Both the position numbers and the translations under genes were made by a program. Positions 48,886-62,170 of a DNA stretch of 64,000 bases are shown in pieces. The DNA is from the human T2T-CHM13v2.0 reference genome, Homo sapiens. The stretch is taken from assembly GCA_009914755.4 (NCBI GenBank), contig CP068257.2, positions 44,864,001 to 44,928,000 on the forward strand. The letters are read 5' to 3'. Within the stretch, counting starts at the first letter, position 1; each line of letters starts with the position of its first letter. Below the pieces are notes generated by a model, which was not told the origin of the DNA, did no database searches, and saw nothing but the letters and a program-made list of their open reading frames with translations.

Positions 48886-49516
48886 TGTTTACTCTGTATT
48901 GCTAGTATGTAGAAATCAAATGGTGTTTGTATGTTGATATATTTAGCAGCCTTGCTAAATTCAGTTACAAAAGATTCATAAGCTACACCATCGTGTCATC
49001 TGCAAATAATGGTAGTTATATTTCCAGTTGTTCAGCTTTTTCTCCCTTTTTGCACTGGCTAAGCCTTTCAGTAAAATGCTGAAAACAGACATCCTTTACT
49101 TACTTCTCTCAGAGGGGAAGCTTTCAATATCCAACCATTAATTATGATATTTCCTGTTGGGTTTCTAAAGATGCCCCTTATCACATTAAGGAAGTATGTT
49201 TCCTTTTATTCTGAGTTTAAGAAGAATTTCAAAAATCATTTAAAATCATTTTAAAATCATGAATGATTTAAACTGTTTTTCTTTTCTTCCATCTATTGAT
49301 ATGATTGTTTTATTTTTCACCTTTATTTTGTTAATGTGGCAAATTATGTGGGTTTTCTGTTGAACCTCTTTGCATTCCTGAGATAAAACTGACTTGGTCA
49401 TGATGCATTATTCTTTTTATGTAGCTGGATTCAGTTTGAAATTCTTTATGCATTACAATTATTAACACCTTAAACTGACCTTTTAAAATAGGCTAAAACA
49501 GTGGTTTGAGTTGAGG

Positions 49517-50003
<487 letters not shown>

Positions 50004-50625
50004 TGATAGGCTGCTTGGTGAGGGGGTGTTAAGGCTCCTTCAAGTGTGGGGGGTTAGACTCAGATTTCTCAGTCTTCCTGTCCCATGGTCACCCCTGCCT
50101 CTGTCGTCCTCTCTAGACACCCCCAGTCCTCTAGGCTTTTCCTTTCTCTATTGTCCTGTCTTCCTCAGTGAAGCTCTCCCCTATTGAGTGCTTATGAGCA
50201 TAGCAGCTGCGCCAGGAGGGGTGTGTGGTGGGAAGGACCTCAGGGGATAAGAGCTGGTTCCTGGGCCCTGTGCCTGGCGTGAGGTCCTGATGGCTTTCCA
50301 AGTAAAGAATGGATGGCATTGATACCCGGATCACCTTTGGATCTGTTGCTTTGGTTTATATTGTCTCTTGATTTTTGGTCAGGGGAACTTCTCTTTGGGG
50401 ATGGCTGGTATTTTAACATCTTAAATTTAACATATTAAATTAGGAATTTAACATGTTAAAACAAAGATATGACCCATTTCATGAATTGTTGTAAAGATTA
50501 AAGAAATTATGTGCTACTCTTACAAATGATGTAATTGAGGGATATTTAACGTAATGAAAATCCATTTACAATGCAATATTAATTTAAAAAGTAGGGTGAA
50601 GTATCTCATTTCTTGAAAATTTTAC

Positions 50626-50700
50626 AGGCATGTATACGTGTTTATATGTGTATAGCTGTATATATATGCACACATATGTACATATACATATGTATACCAA
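50626..50700. repeat. imperfect (TATG/TACA)n-type low-complexity repeat
   Basis: gtatacgtgtttatatgtgtatagctgtatatatatgcacacatatgtacatatacatatgtatacc. Confidence 0.8.
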
Positions 50701-50721
50701 ATACTGACTTTTTCTGCTTGC

Positions 50722-51020
<299 letters not shown>

Positions 51021-51268
51021 TAGTCCAGATTTTCTGTAATAAAATCCTATTTTATTTTTGTATTAAGAAAAATAAATCTGTAAGCTATTTTTAAGAGAAA
51101 ACAATGATGTTCATTACAACATTGTGCAGAATAGTTATTAGTTGGAAACTACCTAAATTTCCACTAATGGGGTAATGGTATATTTCGGGGTATTTTGGTT
51201 TCTACATTAAAATGTTAATTACTTGTTTCTTAAATTTTACATTGCTTAGTATTTTTATTTTGTTTTAG

Positions 51269-51360
51269 GTAAACTTTGGAGTCGGAGTTTAAAACTAGCT
51301 TATACTCTACTTAATAAACTGACAAGTAAGAATGAACCTCTACTTAAACCTGGAGACAGA
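51269..51360 (+). CDS. DIP2A: DIP2A coding exon (probable exon 9) encoding (G)KLWSRSLKLAYTLLNKLTSKNEPLLKPGDR
   Basis: ttttattttgttttAG acceptor 51267-51268, GTAAGT donor 51361; 92 nt phase 1-0; conserved DIP2 motif TLTYGKLWSRS spans the junction. Confidence 0.85.
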
Positions 51361-51494
51361 GTAAGTAACTAGAATGTCACTTTGTTGGAAGGAGCAAAAG
51401 CAGGGACTTAAATAATCTGTTTCATTGAAATTAGTGTTCTATCATTTAGTTAGAATTACAGCATTAATACAAGGGATTTAAAATCAGCAGTGAG

Positions 51495-51809
<315 letters not shown>

Positions 51810-52554
51810 TTAAATATGGCAAAGTTTGTGATGTAGAGTAAAGCAGCATTCTTTTTCTGCACTCGTTGTTTCATTGTTTGTCCACTGTTTCTTCATCTTC
51901 TTTTCTGTTTGACTTCATATATGTTGATATTAAAAATGTTAGATTCCAGAGCTTAGATTTTATGAATTAAAATCTGAAGGTCTGAAACCCTGCTGTGAAA
52001 TTCTGTATTTTTATCTCCTTCCCTATTCTATGTGTCCAGGTAACCTCCTTGTACCTATCTGCCAAAATAGGATGCTGGAGACTTATTCTCTTGTGCTACA
52101 CTGCCCTATATGGTTGGCAGTAGCCATTTGGGGCTATTTAAATTAACCAAAATTAAATAAAATAAAAAATTTAGTTTCTTGGTTGCACAAGCCACATTTC
52201 AAGGGCTCAGTAGGAGTGTGGCTAGTAGCTACTGTATTTATAGATCAGAGGTAGAACATTTCTGTCATCATAGAAACTTCTGTTGGACAGTACTACTGTA
52301 GGCAAGCTGGACCAGACCGGAGGACCCTGGTATACTAGAAAGTCCAGGGTGGAAAATAGGAGAACATGGTGAAAATCAACATACCAGTGAAATCCCCTAG
52401 TGAGAAGGTCACCTGTGTCAGATCACCCAACAAGGAAACTGCAGGTTAACAAGCTGGCAGACAGTTCCAAGTAGCTCTTTCAGTGCCTAAGTCTTTAATA
52501 TGAACTATTAGCCAAGGACTTTTAAGAAGGAAATGTCAATATGAGAGAAAATAC

Positions 52555-52650
52555 CAAAAGACAAAGAAAAGGGAAGGGAAGAGAGGGAGTGAGAAAGAGA
52601 CAAGAAAAGTAAGGAAGGGAGGAAAGAGGAAACAACAAGGAAAGCTAGAT
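52555..52650. repeat. purine-rich (GA/GGA) low-complexity tract
   Basis: aagggaagggaagagagggagtgagaaagagacaagaaaagtaaggaagggaggaaagaggaaacaacaaggaaag. Confidence 0.8.
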
Positions 52651-54301
52651 ACAGAAAACAATGTTTCTAAAAAGTGAGTATTAATATTCTTGGAAATCAG
52701 AGATGAAGATGTTTCATAAGTCAAGAAAAGGATGCCGGTAGGAAAGACTAAGAGATGGAGAGCGGAGTAAAATAGGACAAAAAGACTCGATCAAGAAGAC
52801 ACAACACCTGACTGATAACTGGAGTCGAGAAAGAGAAAGGAGAACAGAAAGTAGAACATTTTAAATGAAAATAGTAATTCAGGACAATATCCCGGACCTG
52901 GAGAGTGTAAACATTCAAGGATGCACACCAAAACGCATGCCCATAATATTGCATAATACGAGGGGTACAGAAAAGAATCCCAGAGCTTTCAGGGGAAAAG
53001 TAGGATGTACACAAAGGATTGGCAATGACAGTGGCTTTTGGGATTTCTCATTGGTAAAACTGAAAGAGAGTGGAATGATGCTTCAGACATTCAGAGGGAA
53101 TATAATTTTAACTTAAAATTCTGTTCCCAAAGATTCAACAGATTTGAGAATAGTATAGCCATTTTCAGACATGCAGGACTCAGAAACGTTTGGCTCGCAA
53201 GCACTTTCTTGTCAAGTTCTTAGAAGATGTCCCTCAGCCACATGAGTGAGTGAGTGAGTAGGGTGCAAGCAGGAGGACCACAGTGGAGGCCCCAGGACGA
53301 TCACTGGCAAGTCCAGGGGGGGCAGCAGAGCCACCATCAGGAGAACCAAGACTCCAGGGTGGGGTGGAATCCTCAGCACCCACCATCAGGAGAACCGAGA
53401 CCCTCAGCAGTGGAGTCCTCAGCAGCAGGGGACACTCACGGCTCTCCTGAGTGGGTGGTTATTTGGAAAATGACCCACCAGTAGGTGGGTATTTGACCCA
53501 GCTGAGGGAGTATTTTAAAACAAATTAGCTAGAGAATACACAGAAAGCAACGCAAGTAGAAATGGAGGTAGCTGTTATCAGAAAAGAAAGGAAATGTGTA
53601 CTTGGCTATAAAAATGTAAACAGTTTAAGAATAATACTTTATGATATGTTGTGCTCATAGATGAGATTTTATGCAACGCTTTAGAATGAATTCAAGAATC
53701 ACTAATTTTCTTGAAAAACATTCTTACAAGGATAAAGACTTTCAGATTCTTGACTTGCAAGAGAATCTCTTTGGTTAGGTGAATCATAATAAAATGGACA
53801 AGGTCACAGTGATTGAGTTGAAGAAATTGGTGGCAAATTCTGCCTCCTATAATATTACACTTTATAAAAGTGAGCACAGCTCTTCCTAACAAATTCTGTA
53901 AAAATATACTTTCCATACCAAACATCTAGTCTGAAGGTTATAGGTTACATTCTGGGCAACCACTGTTAAAACCAAATTTTGAAGGAGAACCTTGCCCTTT
54001 TCAACAAACAAACTTGTTAGAAACTAAATTTCCAGACCTCAAGTACAGAATATAGATACAGCTTAAATTTTGTCTTACAAAGTCAGCACTTATTGGTTAT
54101 TCATTGTTGCGTGTTCTCAAAGGCCCTGAGTCAACTGTCTCTACTCAGTTAAATACTATTTGGACTTGTCCCTTATGGTTTCAAGCACAATTATTACAAT
54201 ATTTGGGGCTTACAAAAATTTTATTTATAACTAGCTTTTAATTTAACTAGATATTGTAAAAATTGGAAATTTGGAATATTCATTTCTTTGTCCTGTTGTA
54301 G

Positions 54302-54412
54302 GTGGCGCTCGTGTTTCCGAATAGTGACCCTGTGATGTTCATGGTTGCATTTTATGGGTGTCTCCTGGCAGAGCTGGTTCCTGTCCCCATAGAAGTGCCA
54401 TTAACAAGAAAG
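54302..54412 (+). CDS. DIP2A: DIP2A coding exon (probable exon 10; start of AMP-binding-like domain) encoding VALVFPNSDPVMFMVAFYGCLLAELVPVPIEVPLTRK
   Basis: tctttgtcctgttgtAG acceptor 54300-54301, GTAGCA donor 54413; 111 nt phase 0-0. Confidence 0.9.
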
Positions 54413-55698
54413 GTAGCAAACCCATGGCTCAGGTCCCGTGTGGTTCGCTTCTGAACTTGATACCAGCAGTATCTTACTTCCTTTTCACTCATGTGGGCAG
54501 GCAGCAAGCAGCTGTTTTGACAGAGGAGAGAAAGCTAGTAGTCAACAGGCTGGCCAGGACTCAAGAGAAATCAGATGCCGTTTTGCCTGCCTCTCTTCTT
54601 GTTAATGAGAGGGGCACTGAGAACCGTTTTGCTGGTGATGCTCCCACACCACACTCTTATTAGGTGGAGCTGTTCTATCATCTACATGAATTTCCCAACA
54701 GAAATGATAGCCATTTTTTCCTCTAATGAATAGAATTATGATTCAATAAGATTTTGTTCAACTTTTCCTCAAAACCATATGTTTATAGAAAATAATTATT
54801 ATTTCTTAGGGATAAATATATCATTACAGTGATATAGCTCACTTCTCAGTGGCAGTTTTGAATAAACGAGATGGAAATTATCTTGCATTTCTGTTCACTT
54901 ATATGACCGTAGGCAGTTTCTGTTGCTGATAAATTATTAATGTGGGGTCTTGCTGATCTAGGTATCTGTAACATTTTTGATATAACTATCAATAATATGA
55001 TTACTGAAAAAAAATAGACAAGGCATGAATTTGAGAAAATCAGTTTTCTGTCATCCTGTCCCAGAATTCAGGCAGTTGTTAACAGGAGCATTATCCAGAA
55101 ATATTCAAGAATCCCAAAAGTAAAATTTGCAAATCAAACTAGTGTATCTCAAAGCATAATATGTGATGGGCAGGTATTTGAATGCAGTGGTTCTTAGGAG
55201 TAAAACTAGAGATTTGTCAAATTTATATGAAGAAAATGACAGAATACTGCTGAGGGACACAGAAGACTTGGCTACAAGGAAATGTGTTTCTGTGTGGAAA
55301 TAATTTAATATCGTTAGTGACCAGGCCTCTCTAGATTAATTTGTAAATTTCAAACATGATTCAATAGAAATTTCAATGCCATTAACTTTGGAGTTTATTA
55401 AAAATGCTTCTAAATGTCATTTGTAAGAATAAACTTTGAGAAATTAGCCCATTAAACTTTATATTTCAACACAAATACAAACCAAAATTATCTTTTAAAT
55501 TTAAACATAGTTGTCACATTTTCATGAACTATTTCCGTGAAAAGATCATATATATCAATAATGGGACTGAATTATTCTGGAAGTTTTATGAGTGATGAAA
55601 AAAAGATCTGTTCTCTGTGCATGGCCTGGAGCACCAAGGGTCTGGGGCTGTGGCTGCTGTGAGCACCCCACCCCACACGGTCACTCTGCTTTCTGCAG

Positions 55699-55822
55699 GA
55701 TGCAGGCAGCCAGCAGGTTGGGTTTCTGCTGGGCAGCTGTGGAGTCTTCTTGGCCCTGACCACAGACGCTTGTCAGAAAGGCCTCCCCAAGGCACAGACA
55801 GGAGAGGTGGCAGCTTTCAAAG
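55699..55822 (+). CDS. DIP2A: DIP2A coding exon (probable exon 11) encoding DAGSQQVGFLLGSCGVFLALTTDACQKGLPKAQTGEVAAFK
   Basis: ctctgctttctgcAG acceptor 55697-55698, GTGAGG donor 55823; 124 nt phase 0-1. Confidence 0.9.
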
Positions 55823-56178
55823 GTGAGGCCTCCCAAGGGAAGGGGAGTCAGTGTTCTGACTGTGGTCTGTGTTAAATGCATGGTGTTCCAGAAATTAAAC
55901 ATGACAGAGGTGTCTGGGTCTTCAGCAAAAGTGATCCCTTGTTCGAGTCCTTGGTGAATCTCGGTTTTCATCTGGCTTCATGTCTCGACCTGTACTGTCT
56001 AATGTGGTAGCCACTGGCCGGATGTACCTTTTTAAATTATATAAAATGAAATGAGACTAAAACTTGCACTCCTTATTCGCTCAGTAGCTAGTGCTGCATG
56101 TTGGAGGCGCAGGCTTCGAGTGTGGGGAGCAGATGCCTCTGACTGCTTGCTGTTCTGTGTCCTGTCTGTGTGTCACAG

Positions 56179-56288
56179 GTTGGCCCCCGCTCTCCTGGCT
56201 AGTGATTGATGGGAAGCATCTAGCCAAGCCCCCAAAGGACTGGCACCCTCTGGCCCAGGACACAGGGACTGGGACTGCCTACATTGAG
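56179..56288 (+). CDS. DIP2A: DIP2A coding exon (probable exon 12) encoding (G)WPPLSWLVIDGKHLAKPPKDWHPLAQDTGTGTAYIE
   Basis: ctgtgtgtcacAG acceptor 56177-56178, GTAATG donor 56289; 110 nt phase 1-0; frame confirmed by ORF 56091..56651 (which reads through into the intron). Confidence 0.9.
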
Positions 56289-56759
56289 GTAATGACTGTT
56301 CCTAACTTAGAGAATGTAAAAACATGTCCCACAGGCTTAAGTCTTGCTTTTCATAAGAATGTAAGTTGCTATTCTTTTTTGTTAAGTTTCGGCCTAAGAG
56401 TTCTTGTTTTATCTCTGCCCTGGAAATACAGAGTGTCATATAAATCCTTGCTCAGATCCTTCCAGGTTTCTCTCTCATCTAATTCTCTCCTAACTGGCTC
56501 CCTGGGGATGCAGACAGTTATGAGGGAGCCCATGGCGCACCATTACCCTCGGGCACCTGCCCAAGAGGAGCCACAACTTCCACTGAAGCATCCCCTCAGC
56601 GGCCAGGGTTTTGCCATGTACCTGGGCTGCTGGTTAGAGGCCGATGGTTAGAGGAGAGACACTGACCACTTCTTCTTTTGAAGATTCTACCAGTTTCCAT
56701 TCTGTCTGTTGTCACCTCTAGAAATACCACATCATGTTTTTTTCCTTGAAATCTTTCAG

Positions 56760-56862
56760 TATAAAACCAGCAAAGAAGGCAGTACGGTGGGGGTCACAGT
56801 GTCCCACGCATCCCTGCTGGCACAGTGCCGGGCTCTGACCCAGGCGTGCGGGTACTCAGAAG
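56760..56862 (+). CDS. DIP2A: DIP2A coding exon (probable exon 13) encoding YKTSKEGSTVGVTVSHASLLAQCRALTQACGYSE (degenerate adenylation P-loop motif)
   Basis: tttttccttgaaatctttcAG acceptor 56758-56759, GTAAGG donor 56863; 103 nt phase 0-1; frame confirmed by ORF 56709..56969. Confidence 0.9.
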
Positions 56863-57616
56863 GTAAGGGCTCTCGGGGGTGGGGCGGTGGCCCCTCCAGC
56901 CTCACACAGATACCTGACGTACCTAATCATGTGACTGTCACTGCACCTGTCAAAACCACCCCTGGGTAGTGCCTTTGCCCATTAATCCAGGTCATGCCAG
57001 GTAGGGAGATGCACTGTCTTTAGCATGCTTACAGGGTCTCTGTGGTTGTGCTGGCCAAGAGGGCACACGGTGTCTCTTAGCAGAGTCCAGACAACCCCAT
57101 CAGGGTTGTTTTCAGTAAATGCACATGGATGTTGATTTTATGGAACATGGAACCTATATCCCACTGATTGATTTATACACAGTGCTGGGTTCACAGGCCT
57201 GCCCTGGGGGGCTGGCTTACTCTGTGACATACTGAGGGTCAGGGCATTTTTCATTCAAAAAGAGGAAAACACTTTTAGTTTTCTATTACTTTATCTATGA
57301 CTGTAGTTTTGACCTCAGCTGTCATGGATATAAATATGTAAGTAGAATCTTTATGGTTATAGATGATCTGTTGATAAAGTATAGTCAGCACCTGATTTAC
57401 TTCAAATGTCAGATACTTAACTTGAGATATCTTTAAATTAATATTATTTAATTGATAAGTACTAATTGTATATATTTATGGGGTACACTGTGACAAATAA
57501 TTTTAAAAACTGTAAAAATGGACTCAGTAGTTTTCTTACATTGTAATACTAGAATTGAACAAAACTACTGAGTGAAATTGAATGGTATGTCTAAATATCT
57601 AAAATATAGGTGTTCA

Positions 57617-57747
57617 GGCCAGGTGCAGTGGTTCATACCAGTAATCCCACCACTTTGGTAGGCTAAAGCAGGAGGAACACTTGAGGTCAAGAGTTTGAGA
57701 GCAGCCTGGACAACATAGTGAGACCCTGTCTCTACAAAAAAAGGGAG
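57617..57747 (+). mobile_element. free left Alu monomer (FLAM-like) with A-rich tail and 13-bp TSD aaatataggtgtt
   Basis: ggccaggtgcagtggttcataccagtaatcccaccactttggtaggctaaagcaggaggaacacttgaggtcaagagtttgagagcagcctggacaacatagtgagaccctgtctctacaaaaaaa; TSD 57602-57614 and 57779-57791. Confidence 0.85.
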
Positions 57748-57974
57748 AAATTTTAAATAGAATTTTAAAAAAAGAAAAAAATATAGGTGTTTAAAAGCAA
57801 GGGTGTAAGTTGAGGGCACAGCTAAAGCTTTTACTTGAGATTTGGAAAGTGATTTTAGGTATTTTTTAAGGGCTTTATTAAAAAAGTTAGATCTTTCAGA
57901 TCAAGCCCCGTGACTTTCTTTGTCTTCGGCTCAGAGCTGATCTTACATATGTCACCTACAATTTGGGTTCTTTA

Positions 57975-58270
57975 GCCAGGCGTGGTGATGTGTGCCTATA
58001 GTCCCAGCTACTCGGGAAGCTGAGGTAAGAGGACCGCCTGAGCCCAGGAGTTTTGGGCTGTAGTGGGCTGTGCTAACCAGGTATCTGCACGAAGTTTGGC
58101 AGCAACATGGTGACCTTCTAGGAGTGGGGAACCACCAGCTTGCTAAGGAGGGGTGAACCGACCCAAGTAGGAAAGGGAGCAGGTCAAAACTCCCATGCCA
58201 ATGAGTAATGGGATTGTGCCTATGAATATTCACTGCACTGCAGCCTGGCAACGTAATAAGACCTCGTCTC
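57975..58270 (+). pseudogene. RN7SLP: 7SL (SRP) RNA processed pseudogene / 7SLRNA repeat, essentially full length (~296 bp), with A-rich tail and 14-bp TSD atttg[g/t]gttctt
   Basis: gccaggcgtggtgatgtgtgcctatagtcccagctactcgggaagctgagg...ggagttttgggctgtagtgggctgtgctaaccaggtatctgcacgaagtttggcagcaacatggtgaccttctaggagtggggaaccaccagcttgctaaggaggggtgaaccgacccaagtaggaaagggagcaggtcaaaactcccatgccaatgagtaatgggattgtgcctatgaatattcactgcactgcagcctgg...agacctcgtctc aligns along the whole 7SL RNA including the S-domain absent from Alu; TSD 57961-57974 and 58287-58300. Confidence 0.85.
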
Positions 58271-58800
58271 TAAATAATAATGATAATAATTTGTGTTCTT
58301 AACCAACAGAGAAAGGGTGTTTATAGTACTGTTATTCATGGTGCAACAGCATTTCCTGGCACACAAATCAAACCTCTCCTGTTTGCCTTTGGAGTGCTGT
58401 GGCCTTTGGCGAGAAGCCAGGTCTGCCCACAGCCCCAGGCTCTGTCCTTTCTGCCTGTGCAAGGTGGGAGCCGGATATTAGAGAAGACTTGGCCAGGGGC
58501 TCTGAGCAGAGAGCTGTGCTGGGAACCCTCAGGACCCCTATCCACTCCAGCTTCCTAAGATGTGTTAGCTGCATACCTCTGGGTGAGAAAACGGGCAGAG
58601 GAAGAGTGACTTTCCGAAGGGTGATGCGAACCACCAGCTCTTACAGAGGGGAGATGCCGGATCACGGCCTCTGGGTGTGAGAATTGAGGAGATGTGGTGT
58701 AGAGTTGAGAAGTAAGAATATCCCTGACAGTTTTTCATCCCCACCTCTTGATTCTGAGAAGAATACCCACTCAAAAATATCTGATGAGAAGATGTGGAGA

Positions 58801-59207
<407 letters not shown>

Positions 59208-59402
59208 CTACTTTTATGTGTTTCCAGTAATTTGAATAGATAACCAGGATTATTATTAATTGGTATGTGGTATTTGGAAATGCTGTATCTGTTCCTGAAA
59301 CTTACATGTTGATGACGTACTCACCTCAGAATTTCTCTAGAAAATGCATAGGGCTTATTGAGAGGGTTGCTCAGTGGTGTCACCTTCTTTGTCCACTTGC
59401 AG

Positions 59403-59467
59403 CTGAAACATTAACAAACGTGCTGGATTTCAAAAGGGATGCTGGTCTGTGGCATGGCGTGTTAACA
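59403..59467 (+). CDS. DIP2A: DIP2A coding exon (probable exon 14) encoding (A)ETLTNVLDFKRDAGLWHGVLT
   Basis: ccttctttgtccacttgcAG acceptor 59401-59402, GTGAGT donor 59468; 65 nt phase 1-0; frame confirmed by ORF 59267..59485. Confidence 0.9.
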
Positions 59468-59624
59468 GTGAGTGTTGTTTGCTGATGACTAACTGTTGGA
59501 ACAAGGGATTGAGATGAACCCAAGCCTCTGCCTGAAATGTTGTTGGGAGAGTACATCGGTTTTGTTTTGCTTTTTCTGGTGTGGCTCGGGCCCACTCGCC
59601 CTAAGCATGTGTGCTCCCCCACAG

Positions 59625-59718
59625 AGCGTCATGAACAGGATGCACGTGGTCAGCGTCCCCTACGCGCTGATGAAGGCGAACCCACTCTCCTGGATCCAGA
59701 AAGTGTGCTTCTATAAAG
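59625..59718 (+). CDS. DIP2A: DIP2A coding exon (probable exon 15) encoding SVMNRMHVVSVPYALMKANPLSWIQKVCFYK
   Basis: gtgtgctcccccacAG acceptor 59623-59624, GTAACG donor 59719; 94 nt phase 0-1; frame confirmed by ORF 59496..59771. Confidence 0.9.
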
Positions 59719-60661
59719 GTAACGGATACCATGGTCAGGGCCTTCACCCTTCTTTAGGGAAATCTCTTTGAACTGACCTTTGGTGCTTAAGAAAAAATAA
59801 AGCTGACATGTGGAACTGCAGATGTAGGCTGAAGAGCTGTGGGACGTCTTTCTTGGTCACACCCCTGCCCAGGAATATGGGGGCTTTCTCTGCCTCTGGC
59901 ATGGCCCTCAGGGTTTCGTGGGTGATGTGGTAAGTAGGGCCACTTGGTGGGGTCTGGGCCTTACTTCTCTCAACGGTTGAGGTGCCTCCTGGGACCAAGC
60001 AGGAGGCCCCAGCATGGCCACACCTGCACAGTTGGCAGTCTGTGTCTCTGCCCTGTGGAGCTCAGTGGCACTTCTACCAGCCACTGAGGCACTGGATCAC
60101 CTGGGTCACCCATGTTGCCTTGTTCTACCTACTGGGCTGTGCCCCTCTAGACATGTCTCAGAGCAGTGTGGAGGGGCAGCTCTCTCTGTCTGTCCTACTT
60201 TATGGAGGGAAACTGAAGCTTGGGTAGGGGTGGGGGGATTGCTGGATTCCACATGCTAGCCAGTGCAGGGGCCAGACTGAGGCCTGAGACCATCTGTTTA
60301 GCTTCTGGGGTCCTCACACTTCTCAGCCAGCACCAGGGGTTTGGGGAAGGACAACATGAGATGAAGCGGGCAGATAGGAAAAGAGCAATATGGAGCTTCT
60401 AAGAAAAAATTAATGTTGGAAATGGATCTGAGGTTTTGATGTCTAAATTGTACCTCAGAGTTGATTTTTGTGGAAAAAGCTTTGAGGGTTTGTTAGACTG
60501 CATGTGAGAGACGGCTGCAGAGAGCTTGTGACCTGGGAGCTAAGTGTTGTGTCTGTCTGTGCATGTACACCTCTCTGTGGGATGAGGTACACGTGTCTGT
60601 AGGCGTGTGAGGGTGCCAGTCCTTGTGACGCAGGGATGTCTGTGCCATCCTCTCTCTGCAG

Positions 60662-60781
60662 CTCGGGCCGCGCTGGTGAAGTCGCGAGACATGCACTGGT
60701 CTCTCCTAGCTCAGCGGGGCCAGAGGGACGTCAGCCTCAGCTCACTGCGCATGCTGATTGTGGCCGATGGTGCCAACCCGT
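60662..60781 (+). CDS. DIP2A: DIP2A coding exon (probable exon 16) encoding (A)RAALVKSRDMHWSLLAQRGQRDVSLSSLRMLIVADGANP(W)
   Basis: ccatcctctctctgcAG acceptor 60660-60661, GTGAGT donor 60782; 120 nt phase 1-1; frame confirmed by ORF 60607..60789. Confidence 0.9.
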
Positions 60782-62055
60782 GTGAGTGAGCCTGTGTGCC
60801 CGGCGCATACCCCACACAGTGTCCCCTCCTGCAAACCAAAGTAGAATACACTGAGAAGCAAAATGGAGGCATTTTCACTGCCATTGTCATATAGATACAC
60901 ATGTCCCATCGTTTCTATGACACGGAACATCTTGGTGATTCACTGGTTTATCCCATGCATGTTTATTAGGCCACTAAATTTAAAAGCAATTTTAATATGC
61001 TTGATGAAAGGTACATGCCTTAATGAGAGTCATCTTTCTTAAGAAATTACCAGATTGTGCTGTGGCCTGGGGTTCCTGTTTCTCTTTAGGCCTCATCCCC
61101 ACCCTCCTGCCCTTTGTCCTGGTGCCCCCACGTCTCTGGCTTCTGGCTTCACTTCTCCCACCAGGACCCAACCATTCTCCCTCCTGGTTTGCCTGGGTGT
61201 CCCCCACATCCTCCCAGGAGGAGCTCCCTATGGCTGCTGCCTGACCACGTAGGGCCTCCTGCGTACGGTGGTCTGAATGGGAACTGCTTTGTCAAGGCTG
61301 CACACGTGAGCTCTGGGGCCCAGGACTGTCCAGGGTCTGACTCAGTACCTCCTCTGGGGAAGCCTCAGGTGATGCTGGTCACACAGGGGCTCCTGTTGCA
61401 GCACACACCTGTTGACCAGGTATTAGGGGTTTTCTTGTTTGTTAACCTGCATCATTGTCTATGCACTGGAGACTACCCTGCATCAGAAGCTGATGTTTCA
61501 TCTTATCCCCTCTCCAGTGTGGCCGACACCCCATCTCTTGGGAGGTCACCCCACCTTTGAGCACCCCCAGAGCCTCTCATTCTCTTGGTCCACACCTGAG
61601 CCAGGCAGGGCCTGCTTCTGGGTTCTGCAGCACTGCTCAGGTCTCTGCGTCTCCACCCCAGGCGCACCGCCACTCCGTGGTCCCCATGGTGGAGTCAGAG
61701 TGTGCACCTCCTCTCCAGTGCCTCTTCCCATGGCACTCCCCTGTTGCTGCACCTGATCCTTGCAGTGCCGTGCAGCTTGTCTCCCACCACATGCAGCACC
61801 TTCCTGTCCCTAGTGATGCCCCTTCTGCCCTTTGGAGCACCAGACCATCCATGGCTGTCTGATTTCCTTTAAAGATACCATCTTCCTTGAAGAACATGAA
61901 GTCTGAGGGTACCTGTGAAGGGGCCCCTTCCTTCTGCTGATGCAGCCCTGTGGTTCCGATGGCCGCAGGCTGCGCTAACTTGAGCATGTCCAGCCAGCCC
62001 TTCCCTGCTGGCCCCCCAGTTAGTGCTGGCGTTCCACTCTTGTTGCTCTGTGCAG

Positions 62056-62170
62056 GGTCGATCTCCTCCTGTGACGCCTTCCTCAACGTCTTCCAGTCCA
62101 GAGGTCTGAGGCCAGAGGTCATCTGTCCTTGTGCAAGTTCTCCTGAGGCGCTGACTGTCGCCATCCGCAG
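62056..62170 (+). CDS. DIP2A: DIP2A coding exon (probable exon 17) encoding (W)SISSCDAFLNVFQSRGLRPEVICPCASSPEALTVAIR(R)
   Basis: cttgttgctctgtgcAG acceptor 62054-62055, GTAACC donor 62171; 115 nt phase 1-2; frame and stop position confirmed by ORF 61950..62174. Confidence 0.9.

Noticed and set aside
56091-56651. 186-aa + strand ORF
   Set aside because: It is exon 12 of DIP2A read through the GTAATG donor into the intron. Only 56179-56288 is coding.
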